From the human T2T-CHM13v2.0 reference genome, Homo sapiens: 64,000 bases of DNA. The notes beneath the pieces are model-generated. The model did not search any database. It was not told the origin of the DNA and was given only the letters and a program-made list of their open reading frames with translations. A program made the translations under genes and the position numbers. The DNA is taken from the NCBI RefSeq assembly GCF_009914755.1, contig NC_060933.1. One strand, written 5' to 3'. This document shows, one piece after another, positions 45,988-57,352 of this stretch (its first letter is position 1; every line of letters begins with the position of its first letter).

Positions 45988-47206
45988 ATGATGAGTGAGC
46001 AGGAGATGGCAAGCAATGGAGGAAAATGGGCAAGCTTCTGTGGTCATGGAGGCTGCATCATACACATCCTTCTAGGCTCTTTAGTAAGTTTAGTTTCTAT
46101 TAGAAGTGCATTTCAAGCCATTAAAAATTGTGAGTACATCAGGGATGGGAGAAAGCAGGGGCCAGTGGTTTGAATGATATAAACACATGTATTTCCAAAA
46201 ATATCACTCAGGTGAATCACCCAGTCTTCAGTTGTTTTTGTTGGACTGGAAACAACTCTTAAATTATATTCTTCGGTAGCAGGCAGCAAATAGGATCATT
46301 TTTAATTTGGATCTAAATAGAAAGGAATCACAGTGAACAGTCAGACTCAGTCTCTGTTTTCCCATGCTTCAAAGGACCCAAAGAAGCAGGGAGGATTAAG
46401 TAGTTTCAGTAGAGGGGAAAAACTGGAGAGCTTTTAGGAAGAGAGTCCAGTTGAGGCTGCAAGGAAATGCCAGCAGGCATCACAGGTGTCTCTGGTGACA
46501 AAATTTGAGTCTGAATGTATCAATGAAATCATTGGTGGAACAGTACGGACAGGCAGGCGGCCTTTATTTTTACTCACCACCATCCCCCACCACTCCACCC
46601 TAAAATCCCTCTGGTGCTGACTTTACACATTTGCTCTTAGGCACGTTTCCTCTCACTGATGATTGTAGCTGAGTTGGGGAAGTTGCACACAGGCAATTGG
46701 GATACTTAATGATTCAGAAAAGTTGAATGTGGGCTGCATTTGATCTGGGGAAGCATTATAGTTTGCCTGGATAAATGTTGTAACATTTTTTTCCAATTAC
46801 CCATTTCTTTTGTTCATTTTTTTCCCAGTTTCCACTTCAGAGGAGAAATTATATATTCCTTAAATAGTTACAATTCTTATAATAAGTGTGAATTGAAAGT
46901 CCCCCAAACAATACCTCAGGATTACCTAAACATCTATTCCTTCTGCTCCAAGAAGCCAGGAATTTCTGTAGTGGTGCACACATATCTTACACTATCATAG
47001 AATAAGCTTCCACTACATTTGTTCTCCCCATTAAAATGTAGGAGAAATACATCACATTTGCTTTTTCTGACTCCAGAAACTTTTGATAATCATACCCATT
47101 TCTGGCACTGAAAACACACAATTATTCTGTTTCTTTATTTGCTCCCTCCTTCCCTTTTAAATTTTCTTCAAATCTTTAATTTTCCCTATAATATCTAATT
47201 AATAAT

Positions 47207-48510
47207 TGACGGCAGAAAGCAGACAGGTTCTTAGGCAGGAAGGGGTGGGTCCCAGGTGAAACTCCACCTTCAAGCCAGGGATGGCCTGAAGCTTGGGGGC
47301 TGGACTGCCAGTTCCTGCCCTGACCAGGAGTGACAATTTCTTTGATGCCTTTTGGTCAATAAAGTGGTACTTTTTCTGGGCCCTCCCATGGACCAATGAG
47401 CACACAGTTCCTCCTGCCTATGCACTAATCAGCATGCACTTCCTCCATTCTGAGCCCATAAAAACCCCAGACTCAGCCAGACTCAGACACTCATCAGGAC
47501 TACCTGTCTGCAGATAGGAACTACAGACTTCAGGTCTCCTCTCTGCTGAGAGTTTTTGGTCACCCAATAAAGCTCTTCTCCACGTTGCTCACTCTCCAGT
47601 TGTCTGTGTAACCTCATTCTTCCTGGACTCAAGACAAGAACTCAGGACCCGCCAAACGATGGGAGCAAAAGTGGCTGTAACATGTTCCTGGCTGGCTTCC
47701 TGAGCTGCGGGTGATGGCATGCCCCCAGAATGCAGGAGTAGGAGTGAAGAATGGTGACCTTTCTGGAAACCCAGACCTCAGGATTCCCCCAGCCAAAGCC
47801 ATTACACTATAGCCCTCCCACCCTCCACTGGCACCACGTAACCACTCCATGCAACAAGAAGCAGCAGCGGGGTCAGGTAGGTCAGCCCAGGAGCCATGGG
47901 CTGGTGCCAGGCAGTGGGACTGAAAGAGTTGTAACACAAACAGGCTGAAACATGACCCCCCCCCCAACCCCAACTTCACTGCACTGTGGGCAAGGAGAAG
48001 GAGAGAAGAGATGTGGCCCTTCTGGGAGCACAGACCTTGGGAATCCCCTAGCCAAGGCTGTGACCTGCTATGAAACCCTCTTTGGGGCTCTGCAGCTCCT
48101 GGAATCTCTGAGCTTTTGGGCACCACTACATTCCTCTCATCCAGATGATGGTGCCTGCAGCAGAAGCCGCTTGTGGTACGTCTGGTGCCATCACAGCTTA
48201 GCATGGATCCAGTGCCTATACTGGTGTCTGTGTTGGTGCCTGGAGCTGCCCACCCCTCCATGGCAACCAGCAAGCCTGGCTGCATGCAGTGGCTGGACCT
48301 GGTGCTCACTTGCTCTCACACCCCTCACCACTCCATGTCTGGCTTTCCCTTGACAGGCATGGGATCTGGGCCAGTAGTGTGAGCCAAGTGCAGTTTGTTG
48401 GGCCGAGTGGGTGGGACAAGCCCAGTGGGTGCGGGCAAAACTCGAGCAGAGGCACTGCCAACCACAGAGGTTTCCAGCTGATGAAGTGACACCTGAAGGA
48501 TCTTGTGACA
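47207..48510 (+). mobile_element. ERV1 solo LTR, MER52-like (1304 bp)
   Basis: TG...CA ends, perfect 4-bp TSD taat, TATA-like cccataaaaaccc (47455-47467), aataaa at 47566. Confidence 0.9.
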
Positions 48511-48724
48511 TAATGATCCAAGCCACAAGACAGAGTGACTTAGCATGTCTGTATCTCTCCCAAAATGTTTTAGAAAACCCTAGGGCAGTGGAGAAGAGGG
48601 CAGTAATTCTAGAACTACTTGCAAAAGATGAATTTAGATTGCTAGGAGGCTGTGAAGGGAAGGCTGGAAAGGTGGACATTCAGAGGGTACAAGAGATGGT
48701 AATAAATTCATTTCTAGATGAATG

Positions 48725-49065
48725 ATTTTTTTTACACTTGAACAACAGACCACAGTCAACAGGGGAATGCTTATTAAAAAATGCAACTTCTGGGTGGTTC
48801 CCCAGGCTCACTAAATTAGACATTTTATTGAAGGCTGTTGCTAGGAATTTCTTTTTTCATGAACTCCCCAGGCAATTCTTATATGCACATCAATTTGGGG
48901 TCCAGTGAGTCACCCGTGCTGCCTATTAAATATACACAGATTTCCTTGGCTTCACCTGCTTACCGAATTTCAGATTCAGTAAGTCAGAAACTGGGTCTCA
49001 GATATTTATCAAGTCTCCACAAGACCCTGGACGATTATTTAAATGCTGGAAATTTGGAAAACAAT
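48725..49065. mobile_element. Two adjacent MER5-like MITE remnants
   Basis: ctccccaggcaattcttatatgcac and ttcagattcagtaagtc. Confidence 0.6.
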
Positions 49066-50097
49066 AAGGACATTGTACCAGCGATGGTATGGTAGTAGGA
49101 GGGGAGAATGCGAGACTAGGTGACATATTTCTTATTTGGGAAGCGGTTCTGAGCTAACCAAAGTTTGTTAGTGAGTTTGTGACCAGAGCTGTTGTTAAGA
49201 ATTCAACTTGGTAAACCCTACTAAAAGATGTTTAACCTATTGGATTAACATCATGTTGAGTGACATGCATGAATCACAGTTGTTTGCCTGCAGGAAGTTG
49301 TTGGTGTTTTCAGTAATCTCTTACATTTGTGTAGCACATTGAAAAGTACGTTTTATATACTACTTCTCTGATCCTCAGAATAGCATAAGTTTAACAAGGC
49401 AATTTTGAAAGTTCAGAAAGTTGAAATGAATTTCCTCAAGACACCAGCTGGTGTCACAAAAAGGTCTTACAATTTGGCTCTTCTATCCTTGGGTCTATAT
49501 CAAGATTCTTAACTTTAACTTAAGCAAAAAAGATTATGTATCAATTCCTATACCAGAAAATTACAAGGGTCCTTCATGGTGAGATACAGCGGTTTAAGTT
49601 GTATCATTAGTGCTTTGTCTTCATGTCATTCTTTTAGACAGATGGCTACTTTTATCCCTCATGGCTACTTTTTATGCTTCAGTTTTCTCATTAAGTGTAC
49701 TTTCTTATCCACCCATCTGTATTTTTACCACTTTCTGTGAAGCCGCTTATGGAACTTAAATCTGTGGTTATTTGTTTGTTGTCTGCTCCCCAACTAAGAT
49801 TTGAGTTAAAGTCCATGTAGAAAGTGCCTATGTTGTGAATTTCCTTTGCAGAACTCAAATTCTATATAGATTTGCTTGTTTGGTTTTTATGTTGTATTCT
49901 TCCACTAAGATTGCAAGTTCCATGTTGTATTCTCCAGCATATACTCAGGACTTAGCAAAGAGAAAGTGCTCAATGAATAACCCATCAAATGAGTGAATGG
50001 AAAGTCATTGACCTCTCTAAAATTCAATTACTTAAACTGAAGATGGAGCTATTAACTCCTCTTTTAAAGGACTACTACAAGTGTTTACATAAGAAAA

Positions 50098-50565
50098 TGT
50101 AGCTGCACCAGACCAATCTGGTTTAACTTTTTTGTAACAAATTAATGAGTTGTTTTTCAGTTGCCATGGACCCTCTGGTCACCTATCCTGAGCATGCCTA
50201 GATAAAACAAGTGTGCAGCCGCAGGAGAAACCTAAGTGCTCCAACCTAGGAGGAGGCTGAATTAAGAATCCCAAACCACATGACGGGATCCAGGATCCAA
50301 TTGGATTGAGCTGTGGCACCACCCCATGGCAGGATCCAGTCAGATCATGCCTTCCAGCATCACCTCATTGCAAGATCATGCCTTATTACCTTATGCTTAT
50401 AAAGCCTGATCCAGCCTCCAGCTCTGGGAGGTTCTGCTTTGGGAGCAATCTCTGGTGTTCTCCTTGTTTACTGTAAGTAATAAAATCCTCTTTTAAACTG
50501 TCCTTGGTTGTGGTCTTTGGGCTGTTAGCTGCCAAAGAACTGAACCCACCCCTTGTGTGAGAAAA
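50098..50565 (+). mobile_element. LTR47-like solo LTR inserted in a MIR
   Basis: tgtagctgcaccagaccaatctggtt...gttgccatggacc...repeated caggatcca; MIR sequence on both flanks. Confidence 0.75.
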
Positions 50566-51300
50566 AAAATGCATGTGGCATGTCTAACACATTTCCTAGC
50601 ACATATAAGATCCTTAAGAAATAATAGATCTTTGATCCTGTGGCTATAAGAGTCAAAATTTCAGGCTTCCTATATATGTGTAAGCTCAGCTCCAGAGAAC
50701 TTTATGTTGGCTGCTTTGCATGAACTTGTGGAAGTGAAGGAAGAGGCGGAGAAACTGAGTTCTTAGTAACAGCGAGTATTAATTCAGCTGGTAGCTGATG
50801 CTGGCTGCTTTGGATGGCAGTCTTCCAGCTGGTGAATGGAAAATACGTGATTCCCAATGTTTAAAAATACCCTGAGACAGATTAATTGTTGGTTGCTGAC
50901 AGGCAGAGGGGAGTGTTTACCAGTTTACACCCTGACCCTATACTCAAAACAAAATCACACAGCAATTGATTTCCTCTCCCTCCCATTAACAGTTTTATAG
51001 ATGTTGTGATTGTATTAATGAACATTTTATAACACTTTAGAATTTAGAAAGCACTTTCACATAGATTCATTTGAGCCTCACAATCCTACAAAGTTGTAAT
51101 GAGATTCACATGAGCAAATAAATGGTTATGTATTGATTTAAAACCCTCAATAAAGGAGGATGACTACAATTTTCCCATTAATATTCCCATATTATACATG
51201 TGGAAATAGTTTTGAAGAGCCAAGGTTAATTGCCTGAGGGCACTTAGTTAGTAAGGGTTAAAGCCAGTCCCAAATAAAATATATGGCATTCCACAGCCAG

Positions 51301-51676
51301 TGTCTTGTCAGTTCAGGCTGCTATAACAAATATACCATAGACTAGGTGACCTTAACAACAAACTTTTATTTCCCACAGTTCTGGAGGCTGGGAAGTCCCA
51401 GGATCCAGGTGCCAGCAGATCTGGTGTCTGGTGAGGGCTTGGTCACTGATTTGCAGATGATTGTCATCTCCTTGAAATCCCCACAAGGTAATGAGCAGAG
51501 AAAGAGGAAGCAAACTCTCTCATGTCTATTTTTATAAGTGTATTTATCCCATTCATGAGGAATCCACCCTCATGACCTAATTACTTACCTAAGGCCCTAC
51601 CTCCAAATACCATTACATTGGGGGTTAGGCTTTAATGCATGAATCCTGGTGGGACACAAATGTTCAGTCCATAGCA
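51301..51676 (-). mobile_element. MLT1A0-like solo LTR
   Basis: tgtctt...ggctgctataacaaa...cagttctggaggctgggaagtcc...ttcagtccatagca. Confidence 0.9.
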
Positions 51677-51753
51677 TCAGTGACCACCAAGTTTCCTATA
51701 TGTAGCAGGACGTTGGAATGGGCCACTTCCTATATAGGTTTTCACTGAGAGGC

Positions 51754-52174
51754 TGTGTTAGTTTGCTAGGGCTGCCATAACAAAACATCATAGACTAGGT
51801 AGCTTAAACAACAGAAATTTGTTTTTTCATAGTTCTGGAGGCTAGAAGTCCAAGATTTAGGTGCCAGCAAAATTGAACCCCTCTGAGACCTCTCTTCTTG
51901 ACTTGCGGATAGCCACTTTCTTCCTGCCTCATTGCATGAACTTCTCTGTGCACATGCATCATCCGTGGCCTTTTGTAAGTCTTATAATAATAATTTCTTT
52001 TCTCACAACGACCAGACAGATTGGATTAAGGCCCACCCTTATGGCCTATTTTATTTAACTTAGTCACCTCTTTAAAGGTCCTATCTCCAAATACAGTAAC
52101 ATTCTGAGGTTCAGGGGGTTAGGATCTCAACATACGAATTTGGAGACATGGAAAGCACAATTCAGCCCATAACA
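51754..52174 (-). mobile_element. MLT1B-like solo LTR
   Basis: tgtgttagtttgctagggctgccataac...atctccaaatacagt...aattcagcccataaca. Confidence 0.9.
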
Positions 52175-52320
52175 TGGGATATTACAAAGGTAAATACTCA
52201 ACAAATCCTCATTATGGCCATAGGTATAATTTATTAAGAATTTACAGTGTAAAAGTAAAGTAATGGGTTTCACAACTCTTAGACCATGCAAACAGAAGGA
52301 CATCAAAAAGAAAGAGTTGA

Positions 52321-52610
52321 GGCTGGACACAGTGGCTCAAGCCTGTAATCTCAGCACTTTGGGAGGCTGTGGTGGGCAGATCACTTGAGGCCAGGAGTTT
52401 GAGACCAGCCTGGTCAACATGGCAAAATCCTATCTCTACTTAAAATACAAAAATTAGCTAGGCATGGTGGCACACAACTGTAATCCTAGCTACTTGGGAG
52501 GCTGAGGCATAAGAATTGTTTGAATCCAGGAGGTGGAGTTTGCAGTGAGCCATGATCGCATCAGTGCACTCCAGCCTGGGTGATAGAGCTATACTCTGTC
52601 AAACAAAGAA
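52321..52610 (+). mobile_element. Alu (Jb/Sz-like), followed by a GA-rich tract to about 52680
   Basis: Full dimer; tcacttgaggccaggag, gagccatgatcg. Confidence 0.92.
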
Positions 52611-53289
52611 AGAGAGAAAGAGGTAGAGAGGAAGAGATGGGGAGAGGGAGAGAAGGAGGGGAAAGTTTGGGAGGAGAGGGTAGTTATAGAAAGCCCCTAA
52701 AGGGAATTGCTGTGAGGCCCAATTCCCTTTAAGACCACTAGAGAGAGAAAGAATCCCTGGGATCACCCAGAGAGCTTGATATGTGTGTCCCTGTGGTTGA
52801 TGGACACTATGGTTTAATGTAAGACTCCTGCCCAGGATAAATACAGGGTGACCATTGGCTGGGCAATAGCTTTGGCAACTAAACAATGAGAATGTTGCTG
52901 CAGTGAGCTCAGCACACACTTCTGAGATGAACAAGGCAAGAATGCAAGAGTGTTTTCCATGTACCAGATGAAGAAAGCTGAGGTGGATAGATCTTGGATC
53001 CTGTTGAATTGGATATCTAGAGGGGAGGGAAACCCAGCCTCAAGTTGGAGGTGAGTAATTAGAGGCTAAGAGGCTGAAAATGAGTTCCAAGCATCACACA
53101 GAAAGAGTCTTCTGAGAAATAAAAGACAAAATGTTTGATGAAGGAACAGAGAAGATGCCAACAACCCAGCCATACTTTGCTTTCTTAATGAAGGCATACA
53201 GGCAGAAGCAGGTCAGAACTGTAAGAATGAAGAGATTGAGCATTAAAGCAAGTTCAGGGGTTTGACTAAGGTCTTGGATGCAGCCATGA

Positions 53290-53933
53290 GACATTAGAGA
53301 AATGCAAATCAAAATGACAAAGATACTACTGCATCCCCCACTAGGATGGTTATAATTGAAAAATGGAAAATAACAAGAGTTGATAAGGATGTAAAAAAAA
53401 AAAGTGGAACCCTAGTACACTGCTGTTGGGAATGTAAAATGGTTCAACCAAACAGTTTGACATTTCCTCAAGAATTTATGCATAGAATTGCCATATAAGC
53501 CAGGAATTCTACTCCTACATATGTAATCCAAAGAATTGAAAGCATGTGTTTGAAACAAACAAATAAACAAACAAAACAATATACAAAAATGTTTATACCA
53601 GGACTATTCACAAGAGTCAAAATGTAGAAATTGACTAACTGTTCCAGTCGTTGAATGGAATACAATGTGGAATTATGTCTATACAATAGAATATTATTTA
53701 TCCATAAAAAGAAATGAATTACTGATACATTCTAGAACACAGAGGAACATTAAAACATTGTGCTAAGTGAAAAAACCCAGACTCAAAGACCATATAATAT
53801 ATGATCTACCATTTCTATGAAATATTCATAGTAAGTGAATAAATAGAGACAGAAAGCAGGTTTGTTATTGACAGAGGCTGGAGGGAGTAGAGAATGGGGA
53901 GGTACTGCTTAATGAGTGTGGGGTTAGCTTTTC
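53290..53933 (+). mobile_element. L1MB 3' fragment
   Basis: agagaaatgcaaatcaaaa, tgggaatgtaaaatgg, tgctaagtgaaa. Confidence 0.85.
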
Positions 53934-54066
53934 TTATTTATCAGAACCTCCTACTTATTAGCTATGTGACCTTGGATAATCTGGTGAACATCCAGAAGTC
54001 TCAATTTCATTCTTTGAAAAATAAAGGGGAAATAATGCCTATGTGATAAGACGATTTTATCCTTAC

Positions 54067-54222
54067 TAGTGTAAGTGTTGTGGATGAACCAGCAGCATTG
54101 TCGTCACCTGGAAACTTACTAGATATGCAAAATATTTAACCCTACCTCCAACCCACTCAATAGAATCTGCATTTAACAAGATCACTGGAGATGCATTAGC
54201 ACATTAAAGTTTGAGACACACT
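54067..54222 (+). mobile_element. MER5A-like MITE within a MIR
   Basis: accagcagcattgtcgtcacctggaaactt...gaatctgcatttaacaagatc...cattaaagtttgaga. Confidence 0.8.
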
Positions 54223-54299
54223 TGATCAAATGGCATAATATATATCAAATTGCTTAGCATGGTGCCTGGCATATTTCAGAAATCTCAATGAAAGGTGTT

Positions 54300-54480
54300 C
54301 ATTCATCTAACAAATATGTATTGATCGCCTACTAGGAGCCGGGAATCATTCTAAGCATTGGGAATACTGTAGTGAGTAAAACTGTCAAGGACCTTAAACT
54401 CATGGAGTATATATTCTAGGGGAAGAGACAGACAACAAACAGATAAGCAAATAAATATGTAATTTAATAACAAATATATA
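54300..54480 (-). mobile_element. L2 3' end
   Basis: ttcattcatctaacaaatatgtattgatcgcctact...ctcatggagtatatattctagg. Confidence 0.8.
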
Positions 54481-54777
54481 TTATTAATAAAGCCACTTAG
54501 AGTCACAGCCAGTCAAGTTCAATCCAATTAAATACACATTTATTAAATAAATATTATGTGCATGGCATCTCACAGGTATCTGTCTAGGATGGAAAGAGGC
54601 CAGATCTCTTCTCTCTTACAACACATCTCTTTCTAAAGCCCCATGCTGATTTCTTACTCAATACAAGAAGTAAATAGTTTTTAGGGCCAGAAACAACAGT
54701 AAATCACCAAGCCACTTTATAAGCAACATTACTATAAGACTCTTCTGGAGTCCTCGCTCAAAGAACCACAGGCTTAC

Positions 54778-55904
54778 ATGCTGGCTACCACTGTGCACAT
54801 TGCAATACTGATTAAACATATTATTTTCTTCACAATGTAGGGTCATCATAGAATCATCCAAGCAGGTGGAAACTCGGAACTAGTAAGGGCCATTGCCTGA
54901 GGGTTAATAATTATCTGGGAGAATTCATGGCCCAAGAGTCTTGCTCACACCACTAATCTCATCCCACCACTAGTGCCTTTCGACGGGGCCTAAGATCATT
55001 TTAGACATTAGAAGCTTCTTGTGTCCACACATACAAATGCACGCACATTCATGCACACTGTAAATGTGCAAAAGCAAACATGCTTTAGGTTAGAGTGTTT
55101 AGGGAAGTGCATAATCTACGCTGCACATTTTAAGTGTGCAAAAGCAAACATATGCTTTTAGGTAAGAGTGTTTAGGGTGAGTTCATAATCTACTAGATTA
55201 AATAGTGCAAAGTTCATTCTTGAAGAGTGCTGGTTTACCCTAAGTGCTGAAGTATGTTTACCCTTTTTCTGATTCTACAGATTCAGAATCTCTGACGTCT
55301 CTACTCACTTTCTGATCATGCAGCATAAGATTTGCTGCCTTCTTTGCCCTTTTTCTGATCCTGTAGCATAGAAAATATTGTCAGTTTCAGTTTTTATCTA
55401 CCAGGGTTCTGTAAAAGAATTAACTCTTAATGCCTCAAAGAACCCCTATTATGTAACAAATTAACTTCTCTCCCATGCATCTGTTTATGAGTTCTCCTTG
55501 GAAGAACTTAGAAAATCACTACTGAAATCATGTTTGGAATCTGTGGTTCAGATGCAGAACTCTCGTTGGGAAAGTGTGAGTGTCCAAGGGTCTTAACAAT
55601 GTCACTGATGATGCTCAGTTGTCACTCCCTGCTTGTGCTCCTGACTATCATCTCATTCATTGCATGGGATCTCACTGGGATCAGTGAGATCCTGACTGTC
55701 ATCTCATTCATTGCATGGGATCTAGCAAGTCTAGACCACAGTAGACTCCTATCAATCTTGGATCCTATCAAGCTTGCCACCATGTATTGTAATTAGGCCA
55801 TGACCCTGTCCCATTCCCCACCAAGGGGACAGCACATAGTTGAGCTAATTAGGAAATACCTTACTTAACTTCGCAACTTCTCTTTTTTTTTCTGTATCTC
55901 TACA
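54778..55904 (-). pseudogene. Three candidate pseudo-exons (55904-55860, 55408-55309, 54896-54778)
   Basis: Acceptors ttatttttcccag, ttaattcttttacag, ttaaccctcag; donors gtattt, gtgagt, gtaagc. Confidence 0.5.
55052..55193. repeat. About 70-bp tandem duplication
   Basis: tgtgcaaaagcaaaca...agagtgtttaggg...cataatctac occurs twice. Confidence 0.9.
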
Positions 55905-56576
55905 CTGGGAAAAATAACTATTTTTGATATTGTTTTATGTATATACAGTGCATGATTGTTTTATGTATGTATAAAACAGGGTTGTTTTATGTATATACAG
56001 TGCATGATTAATGAACCAGTAGCTGCTACCATTATTTTTGTTAATAATAGTAATTGCAGATGAGCAAATTGTAAAGTGTTTCACTGACTAAAAGTCAATA
56101 GTATTTAAAGAAGAAAGAGCTTGTGTGTGCTGAAGTACTAAGAAATATTTTCAGAGAATGCAAAATCTATGCTGAGTTTAGTGGTTAAAAAGAAACGTAA
56201 CATTGGTTGGGAGCTTGCTGGGTGCCAGGTACTGAACTGCTTAACTCTTTTCCTACAGTCCTGGTAGATTTCCATTATTGCCATTTTATCGATGAAGAAA
56301 CAGGCAAAGAACGTTTGAGCAGCATTGCCTACCATTTCTTGGATACTATATGGCTAAGCCAGCCCAAGAGATGTTCAAGTTGGATTTCTGGGATACTTTG
56401 AGTCTCAAGGGGGGGTATGTCCAGGGCAACTGTAGGGGCCAAGAACTGGGGAGAGAAGACCAACTATAAGTCTTCGCCTTCTCTTTATACTGTTGTAATG
56501 TGTCTTATGATTTCGACTTCCAGACAAATTTTCACAGAAAAATGGCTTAAGATATTTTTAAAAATTGTGAAAAACC

Positions 56577-57321
56577 ACAATGAGATACCATCTCACACTA
56601 GTTAGAATGGTGATCATTAAAAAGTCAGGAAACAACAGGTGCTGGAGAGGATGTGGAGAAATAGGAACACTTTTACACTGTTGGTGGGATTGCAAACTAG
56701 TTCAACCATTGTGGAAGACAGTGTGGCAATTCCTCAAGGATCTAGAACTAGACATACCATTTGCCCCAGCCATCCCACTACTGGGTATATACCCAAAGGA
56801 TTATAAATCATGCTGCTATAAAGACACATGCACATGTATGTTTATTGTGGCACTATTCACAATAGCAAAGACTTCAAACCAACCCAAATGTCCATCAGTG
56901 TTAGACTGGATTAAGAAAATGTGGCACATATACACCATGGAATACTATGCACATATACACCATGGAATACTATGCAGCAATAAAAAGGATGAGTTCATGT
57001 CCTTTCTAGGGACATGGATGAGGCTGGAATCCATCATTCTCAGCAAACTATCACAAGGACATAAAACCAAACACCGCATATTCTCACTCATAGGTAGGAA
57101 TCGAACAATGAGAACACTTGCACACAGGAAGGGGAACATCACATGCTGGGCCTGTCGTGGGGTGGGGGGAGTGGAAAGGGATAGCATTAATAACATTAGG
57201 AAATATACCTAATGTAAATGACGAGTTAATGGGTGCAGCACATCAACATGGCACATGTATACATATGTAACAACCCTGCACGTTGTGCACATGTACCCTA
57301 GAACTTAAAGAATAATAAAAA
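56577..57321 (+). mobile_element. L1PA4/5-like 5'-truncated insertion
   Basis: ORF2 C-terminal peptide (ORF 56580-57212), 3' UTR, poly-A, perfect 17-bp TSD aaaaattgtgaaaaacc. Confidence 0.95.
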
Positions 57322-57352
57322 AAAAATTGTGAAAAACCTTGAACTATATTAC

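Noticed and set aside
47199-48725. Overlapping ORFs up to 226 aa
   Set aside because: They lie in a GC-rich solo LTR where stops are rare, occur on both strands and show no recognisable domain.
54841-54882. Plus-strand 42-nt micro-exon candidate (and a plus-strand acceptor at 45285)
   Set aside because: Isolated, overlaps better-supported minus-strand candidates, and forms no consistent plus-strand chain.
55639-56009. Repeat-spacer-repeat units resembling a CRISPR array
   Set aside because: Only two copies each, different repeats, primate DNA, no cas genes; explained as local duplications.
56580-57212. 210-aa ORF
   Set aside because: It is the L1 ORF2 C-terminus, frameshifted into the 3' UTR of a truncated L1, not a host gene.
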